A stretch of DNA of 63,782 bases, the filler included, from Aduncisulcus paluster (Eukaryota): the NCBI GenBank assembly GCA_024181965.1. It is 8 parts of 8 records of this genome, joined end to end, with 100 filler letters (N's around TTAATTAATTAA, not from the genome) between each part and the next. Parts side by side here need not be neighbours in the genome. Positions count along the whole stretch, not along the records: positions 49,374 to 59,720 come from BQXS01012687.1; positions 59,821 to 63,782 come from BQXS01012690.1; 6 more parts are not named here. The stretch is one strand, 5' to 3'. A model generated the notes under the pieces. That model worked only from the letters and a program-made list of their open reading frames with translations, was not told where the DNA came from and made no database searches. Shown here in pieces: positions 57,207-63,782 of this stretch (within the stretch, counting starts at the first letter, position 1; every line of letters begins with the position of its first letter). Made by a program: the position numbers and the translations under genes.

Positions 57207-59150
57207 ATGAAAGTGAAAACCATAAAGGCCCATTCTGATCGGGTATGGGATGTTAGTTTTTCATCTGATGGATTATTTTTGGCATCTTGTGGAGCTGATG
57301 GATCTGTAAACATCTTTCGGAAGAATGTGATCCGTACGCTTGGTAAGGAGCCTAATATAGAATATCAACACCATCAGCATATTTCATATTCACCATCAGG
57401 AGAAGATCATTATATATCAGCAGAACAATTAAAACATATCAAGTCAGTTCGAACAATTCGTTCTGTATGCTTTTCAGATTGTGGCAGATATTTAGTTACG
57501 GGTTCTTTTGATGGAGCTATTAGAATATATCTGCTTATCAATGGTTTTTTCTATTTATTATCAGTTCTTCGTGGTCATTCAAGTGAGGTTAAATGCGTTT
57601 GCTTTGGTGGCGGATATGAGTATATAGCGAGTTCTGGACGAGATAAAACAGTGTGGATATGGCATATTGAATCAGAACTTGCAAAAGAAGAGGAAAAAAT
57701 TCTCCGTGATATGGTTACTGGTTCTGATACAACCACAATTCATTTTACGACTTCTTCGAAAGACTCTCCAATTTCCAAAAGTAGTTCCTCCAATTCGACT
57801 GGAGAAACGGCTGATTCTGTTATTGAAGAGTCTGTGGAGAATGTTATTGAAGTAGGTCCCGATGCCACTGTCAAAGGATATGAAATCAAGCAAATATATG
57901 ATTGTGATGAAGTGTTGGCATGTTTCATTCAAGATGTTAAAAGTGTATCGTTTCATCCTCATTTTCCTCGTCTCCTTGCTTCATCTTCATATGACAATAC
58001 TGTTCTCGTCCATTTGCGATCTTTGGAGGGTGATTGGGAACAGCTAGATATCATTGAATCTTCTATCAATCCGGCAGGGTATCAGAAACGTGAAAATTCT
58101 ATGGTTGCCCCATACGAGCATACTCACACAGTATGGTCTGTGAAATGGCTTGATTCTCCTGTTGTCGTGAGGAATTCAAGCGTTGGTGCAAGTGATGGAT
58201 CAGCTGCTGTGCTCTCATCTTCTCCTGGACCCTTGATGGGTTCATCTCTTCTGCCCACTCTCCCCAACCATACCTCCCTTCCTGGCTCTTTGTGTCCAAC
58301 TTTCGCTACGTTCTGCTCTGACGGGTGTGTCCGAGTGTGGCGTCTTGAACTCACAAGCATGGCATGTGAGCATGTGTGTGTATGCTGTGTGGATGAAGGA
58401 GAAGACAGAATCGTGTACGGTGGAACTTGGGTTGAGTGCTGCTCTTGTAGTTTCGAGCATCCCAGCAGCATGAAATATGTAAGGACAAAGGATGAGGCAG
58501 AGGAAGAAGGTGGAGAGATTGAAGAGGGCGAGGAGGAAGAACTTTGTTCCGTTTTGTCCTCATCTTGTGAATTTCCTGGGCATTTATCAACCATCACAGC
58601 CAATGCTCTTGGTAAATTACAAACGAAGGGTGAAGAAGATGCTGATCATGAATCTTGTGTGAATTGCCATTCCCAAGGAGTGTTATTAACTTGTGGAAGT
58701 GATGGAACCATTCGCGGATATGCCGTCGATGGAATGCATTGTAGGACTCTCACGAAATTAGAGTGGAAAGATCGTCAGGATAAACTGACCTCTTCCGCTC
58801 AATCTGATTCTACTCTAATCAAGGAGTCAGAACATGACGAGGCAAAACCTTTGGATGTAACTCCGACACCCACCATTCCAAGTTGCCCGTGTGGGTGTGG
58901 GATGTCTATTCCTGTTCCTAGAAATCCAAGTATTTCATTGTCGCCAATCTTCTCCATTCCATTATTCCGATGTGAGATTAATAGTGTCTCCTCCTGTTGT
59001 GGAATGCCTGGAAGAGTGATGGATCCTCAGGCTCGTGAAGATGAAAAGGAGAGAAAGAGAGTTATTAATGAAGACTACTTCTGTCCATCTATCATGTGTG
59101 CGGCAGCTGGGGATGATGGTGATATAAAAATATGGGAAATGATGTTATAA
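57207..59150 (+). CDS. CIAO1: CIA1/CIAO1 WD40 cytosolic Fe-S assembly protein with large insertions
   Basis: AHSDRVW, RTIRSV, GSFDG, LRGHSSEVKCV, SSGRDKTVWIW, QDVKSVSFHP, LLASSSYDNTV, HTHTVWS, AGDDGDIKIW. Confidence 0.88.
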   Translation: MKVKTIKAHSDRVWDVSFSSDGLFLASCGADGSVNIFRKNVIRTLGKEPNIEYQHHQHISYSPSGEDHYISAEQLKHIKSVRTIRSVCFSDCGRYLVTGSFDGAIRIYLLINGFFYLLSVLRGHSSEVKCVCFGGGYEYIASSGRDKTVWIWHIESELAKEEEKILRDMVTGSDTTTIHFTTSSKDSPISKSSSSNSTGETADSVIEESVENVIEVGPDATVKGYEIKQIYDCDEVLACFIQDVKSVSFHPHFPRLLASSSYDNTVLVHLRSLEGDWEQLDIIESSINPAGYQKRENSMVAPYEHTHTVWSVKWLDSPVVVRNSSVGASDGSAAVLSSSPGPLMGSSLLPTLPNHTSLPGSLCPTFATFCSDGCVRVWRLELTSMACEHVCVCCVDEGEDRIVYGGTWVECCSCSFEHPSSMKYVRTKDEAEEEGGEIEEGEEEELCSVLSSSCEFPGHLSTITANALGKLQTKGEEDADHESCVNCHSQGVLLTCGSDGTIRGYAVDGMHCRTLTKLEWKDRQDKLTSSAQSDSTLIKESEHDEAKPLDVTPTPTIPSCPCGCGMSIPVPRNPSISLSPIFSIPLFRCEINSVSSCCGMPGRVMDPQAREDEKERKRVINEDYFCPSIMCAAAGDDGDIKIWEMML

Positions 59151-59589
59151 CAATAATAAGTCACATTCAACAAAAACTCATTATATCTATATTTGAATGC
59201 TTGGCTTTTTTTATATATATATATTTTTGGACCGACTTCCGCCAGGTGTTCCCACTCATTTTTTTTTATGATCTCTTTCTGTGCTAATTATTGCAGTAAA
59301 TACGCCTCTGTTTTCTGTTTAATTCGGATATTATTATTTTTTTTCTCCATTGATATCTTCATTTATGCTCGTTACGATTTGATGATCTTTCAAACATCGT
59401 TATCGAAGACAATACAATTATATCGTGGCTAAACGGATTTATTTTTTGAATTAAAATATTTGTTCGTGCCTAATATTATTATGGACACATGCATTATACA
59501 GCAGATTTCCCCTTAATCGATGACAGGTTTGGTGGAACTTTTATGAGTACGTTTTTGCTATCAATCGCATTATTTGTAACTCTTAAATC

Positions 59590-59720
59590 ATGTCGGATTA
59601 CTACGAGACCTTCGATTTGACAAATGTTGTCACCCTTAAATATGGTACAAACAAACAATCTTGTTTCTTTGGTGTTGGCGCTTTGAAGAAGTTTGGCGAT
59701 ATCTTGGATGCTGAGAAACC
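59590..59720 (+). CDS. Probable iron-containing alcohol dehydrogenase N-terminus, 3'-partial
   Basis: CFFGVGALKKFGDIL resembles the Fe-ADH N-terminal xFGxGA motif; only about 43 aa visible. Confidence 0.45.
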
Positions 59721-59820
59721 NNNNNNNNNNNNNNNNNNNNNNNNNNNNNNNNNNNNNNNNNNNNTTAATTAATTAANNNNNNNNNNNNNNNNNNNNNNNN
59801 NNNNNNNNNNNNNNNNNNNN
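59721..59820. other. Artificial contig linker
   Basis: N-TTAATTAATTAA-N. Confidence 0.97.
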
Positions 59821-59839
59821 ACCCCAAAAACCCCGCTCC

Positions 59840-62459
59840 ATGTGTCCAAATCCTGTTTCTAACCTGAGTATCTCCCAAATCCCACAATATGACTATAAAT
59901 TCCGTCATTCGGCAGAGATAGAGCGATTATATAAACAGTATGCTGATATATGGACAAAAAAACTATCACATGAATACGAATTACTCCTCGAAAAGGCCAA
60001 AAAACAAGAAATAATCCAAGATTGTGAAAGTGAGAGGTGCAAAACCCACCCTAGTGTACAAACTGTGTCTTTCTTCAGAAAAGGCATGAACTTGAGTTAT
60101 GTTACTAAAAATGCTGATATATTTAGTTCTCCTGGGTCGTTTCCTTCAACATCTCCTTCCTCTTCCTCTTCTTCTTCTTCTTCCTCTTCTTCTTCTTCTT
60201 CCTCTTCTTCTTCTCAACTTTCACCACTGCTATTCCTTAATATGGATCAGTGCCATAGCTTTGTTGAAGATGAAGATGGTGTTTCTATCGACTCTGACGA
60301 TGTTTTATATTCTCTTTTAAACTACTATCAAAAATGCTGGCTTAGTATTGGTAAGGAGACAGTTCCATCACATAATTCAAGGCCTGAACCGGTTCAATTT
60401 AATTATATATCCTTTGTATTCTCTAAACCTAAATCTCTTCCTTTCGCTTCTTCTTCACCTCATATTCCGGATTTAGTTCCAATTTCCATTGAAACGATTC
60501 GAATTCTCTCACATTGTAATTCTGGTCCAAAGAAATTAGAGGTAACCTTTCATTATCTCCGTAAATACTTTTCTTCTAGTACTAGCGAAGAGAGAGACGA
60601 GAGTGGAGAGAGAGACGAGAGTGGAGAGAGCGTAGAAAATGGCAAGATAATGTTAGATTCTAAATCATCAACTCTGGGCAGAATAACAAGGATATATGAG
60701 TGTATAAAACCTCAAAATGGACAGACAAATTGGTACACTCTTAATGTAGGCCTTGATAATGTTGTAAAGGTTGAGATTCGATGCAAATCCAATTGGTCTC
60801 CCCTTTCCCATGCATATTCTTTCCCAATGCTTGATGGAATAGAGTTTTTGAGAGGAAAAGGAGAGATTATAGCTCTTAAAAAGGAAGCTTTAAGAAGAGA
60901 AAGACTATGGATTATTCAACAAGAAAGAGAAGAAGAAGAAAGAAAGAGATTGAAGAGGAAAAGAGAAGAAGAGGAGGAAGAGAAACAATTTGAAGAGGAA
61001 GAAGAGGAAGAGGAAGAAGAGGAAGAGGAAGAGGAAGAGGAAGAAGAGGAAGAGGAAGAGGAAGAAGAGGAAGAGGAAGAGGAAGAGGAAGAGGAAGAGG
61101 AGAAAGATTTGTGTGTGACAATGAATAGTGATAGAAGTATTGACAATAACATTTGTGCCAATTCAGAAGAACCCGAGTACGAAAGCGAACACTCTCCTCA
61201 CGTGATAGATTCCCCCTTTTTCAGACCCTCTTCTATCACCCTTAATTCCTCTTCTTTCTCCATATTGGATGAAAATATTTCTGTGAAAGGAAGAAGAAGA
61301 AGAGGAAGAGAGAGAAAGAAAAGAGATGGAAATTGTTGAAGATATTAATATTGATCTTGGAAATTATTTTATTATGGAAGGCAGTAATCCATCTCCAAGA
61401 GACATCGGAGAAGAAGAAGAAGAACAAAGCGTATTTCCAATTAAATATTCTGAATCATTAAATTCTATGATAGATTGTTCCAATTTGACCCTTTCCGAAA
61501 TTAATTTCATCCAATGCAAAGCTGGACTAAGATTTCATTCTCTTTTGATTCCTTTTATTAACGATGACGCATGTTCTTCGACGAACCATGAATTTTCTGG
61601 TGTTTGTATTGATGGTATTTACCTTTGTCGAAGAAAGGAATCTAAAATACGTGATATTTCCTTGTCATTTTACTATATACCAAGAGAAGAGAGAGAAGAG
61701 AGAGAAGAGAGAGAAGAAGAGCAAGCCATTGGATCATCACACTCTTCTCCTTCTCTTTCTCCTCTTCATCCAAAACTTGTTGCATATAAATGCTATACTT
61801 TTCCTTGCACCTTTCAGCACAATTATGAATGGTATTTCCTTCCAATCGATCGTGTTAATATCCATATGATTGAAATTAAAGTTCTTAACCTCTGGGATCA
61901 TTCTTACTTACTTTCTTCTTCTCCTCCTTCTTCTTCTTCTCCTTCTTCTTCTTCTTCTTCATACAGTGTGGGTGAGCTATACGGTATCCAGATAAAACCA
62001 ATGGATTCTATATTTAAAACTGTTTCTCAAGAAGATATTTTGAGAGACAAAGAAATGAGAGAAGAAGAAAGATCATATGAAGAGGAAGACGAAGACTCTA
62101 TTTATAATTTGAGAAACCATTTAAGTTTATCACATCTCAATGATGGAAATACAATCCATCCTGTATATATTAGAGATTCTATATTTAGAACAATTCCTTC
62201 TCAAATTAAAAATAACAATAGTTCAATGATATCTCCTCCTCTTTCCTCTTCAATATCCACGAAAATTGGAATTGAAATTGAATCAGAAATTGATGACATT
62301 CTCTCCAAAATAATAGAATTATCATCAAAATATAATACCGATGACAAGAATATTCACGCTCTCCTTGCTCTTGGTAACGAAGCTTCTCCCTCTTCAATTC
62401 TTGTTCCCCATCATCAAATTGAGGAAGAGGAAGAGGAAGAGGAAGAGGAAGAGGAAGAA

Positions 62460-62494
<35 letters not shown>

Positions 62495-62891
62495 AGAAGA
62501 AGAGGATAAGCTAAAACATAAGAATATTACTGTAAATTCATCATCTTCTGGAATTGCTGGTGAACATTATACTGAACACAATGATACCCGTGAACAATTA
62601 CCTCCTGGTGCTTTAAGCTTATCTCATGTTGGAAGCATTGAAGATCACCACGACGATTCTGCATCATCTCCCTATCACATTCATAATCTGAGTGGAATTT
62701 CAGAGACTATTGGACATGCGTCATCACACGTGGACTCCACTGGAGTTACTGGCAGTACAAATATAATCTCGAGTTTTACCACAAGTATGAGTATTTTGAC
62801 TGGTATTCCACAACAGTTAAGACGGTATCTTATTCCCATCGAATTGGAATTGAAATTGAATCAGAAATTGATGACATTCTCTCCAAAATAA
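59840..62891 (+). CDS. Large Glu/Ser-rich protein with two divergent repeat-family domains; probably one gene frameshifted near 61286
   Basis: FNYISFVF..GPKKLEVTF..WYTLNVGLDNVVKVEI and FHSLLIPF..IDGIYLC..YEWYFLPIDRVNI; the two ORFs overlap in a GAA tract. Confidence 0.65.
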
Positions 62892-63040
62892 TAGAATTAT
62901 CATCAAAATATAATACCGATGACAAGAATATTCACGCTCTCCTTGCTCTTGGTAACGAAGCTTCTCCCTCTTCAATTCTTGTTCCCCATCATCAAATTGA
63001 GGAAGAGGAAGAGGAAGAGGAAGAGGAAGAGGAAGAAGAA

Positions 63041-63075
<35 letters not shown>

Positions 63076-63589
63076 AGAAGAAGAGGATAAGCTAAAACAT
63101 AAGAATATTACTGTAAATTCATCATCTTCTGGAATTGCTGGTGAACATTATACTGAACACAATGATACCCGTGAACAATTACCTCCTGGTGCTTTAAGCT
63201 TATCTCATGTTGGAAGCATTGAAGATCACCACGACGATTCTGCATCATCTCCCTATCACATTCATAATCTGAGTGGAATTTCAGAGACTATTGGACATGC
63301 GTCATCACACGTGGACTCCACTGGAGTTACTGGCAGTACAAATATAATCTCGAGTTTTACCACAAGTATGAGTATTTTGACTGGTATTCCACAACAGTTA
63401 AGACGGTATCTTATTCCCATCGAATTGGATAAAGTTGAATCTTCTTTCTTCAGCGATTCATTGCGTTTTCCATGTATTTCTATGGAAGATATCAGAGAAA
63501 GTATTATTTCACCTTCAACAAAAGAACGAAAGGAAGAAGGAGAGGAAGAGGAAGAGGAAGAGGAAGAGGAAGAGGAAGAGGAAGAAGAA

Positions 63590-63624
<35 letters not shown>

Positions 63625-63782
63625 AGAAGAAGAGGATAAGCTAAAACATAAGAATATTACTGTAAATTCATCATCTTCTGGAATTGCTGGTGAACATTAT
63701 ACTGAACACAATGATACCCGTGAACAATTACCTCCTGGTGCTTTAAGCTTATCTCATGTTGGAAGCATTGAAGATCACCACG
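62264..63782. repeat. ~580-bp tandem repeat (two full copies and one partial) containing GAA/GAG tracts
   Basis: 62264-62841 versus 62842-63429 (offset 578, then 581 after one extra GAA); third partial copy from about 63540. Confidence 0.85.

Noticed and set aside
11339..59820. Seven identical TTAATTAATTAA motifs within N runs
   Set aside because: Artificial six-frame-stop linkers, not biological; gene neighbourhoods across them (e.g. BPI-like and legumain) are not real.
60960..61100. GAA/GAG microsatellite
   Set aside because: Ordinary poly-Glu coding tract, common throughout this window.

Overview
Eukaryotic, AT-rich, gene-dense protist DNA. It is not one locus: at least 8 contigs are joined by artificial N-TTAATTAATTAA-N linkers, so adjacency across linkers means nothing. 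Gene content, few short GTATGT..AG introns and an expanded repeat-domain/kinase family suggest a free-living fornicate (Aduncisulcus-like); this is inference only. Recognisable genes are MSH4, Dim1, Fcf2, an LSm7-like protein, ERCC1, Pcc1, zeta-COP, annexin, DUF445, Asteroid/PIN, TauE, BPI-like, legumain, an alpha/beta hydrolase, a USP fragment, Hip/ST13, eIF3e, Bet3 and CIA1. The main highlight is a 5'-truncated Fanzor (eukaryotic TnpB) RuvC/Zn-finger ORF at 51434-51922 (-), fused head-to-head with a truncated member of a tandem repeat-domain family. A GTCGC/GCGAC double-hairpin motif lies just downstream of the Fanzor (candidate omegaRNA 3' end or element end). It recurs at 22278-22319 and 53519-53541, both times downstream of repeat-domain/kinase family genes, which suggests a Fanzor-associated element linked to spread of this family. 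The ~170-aa repeat domain occurs in four loci of this window, once fused to an atypical DLG kinase.
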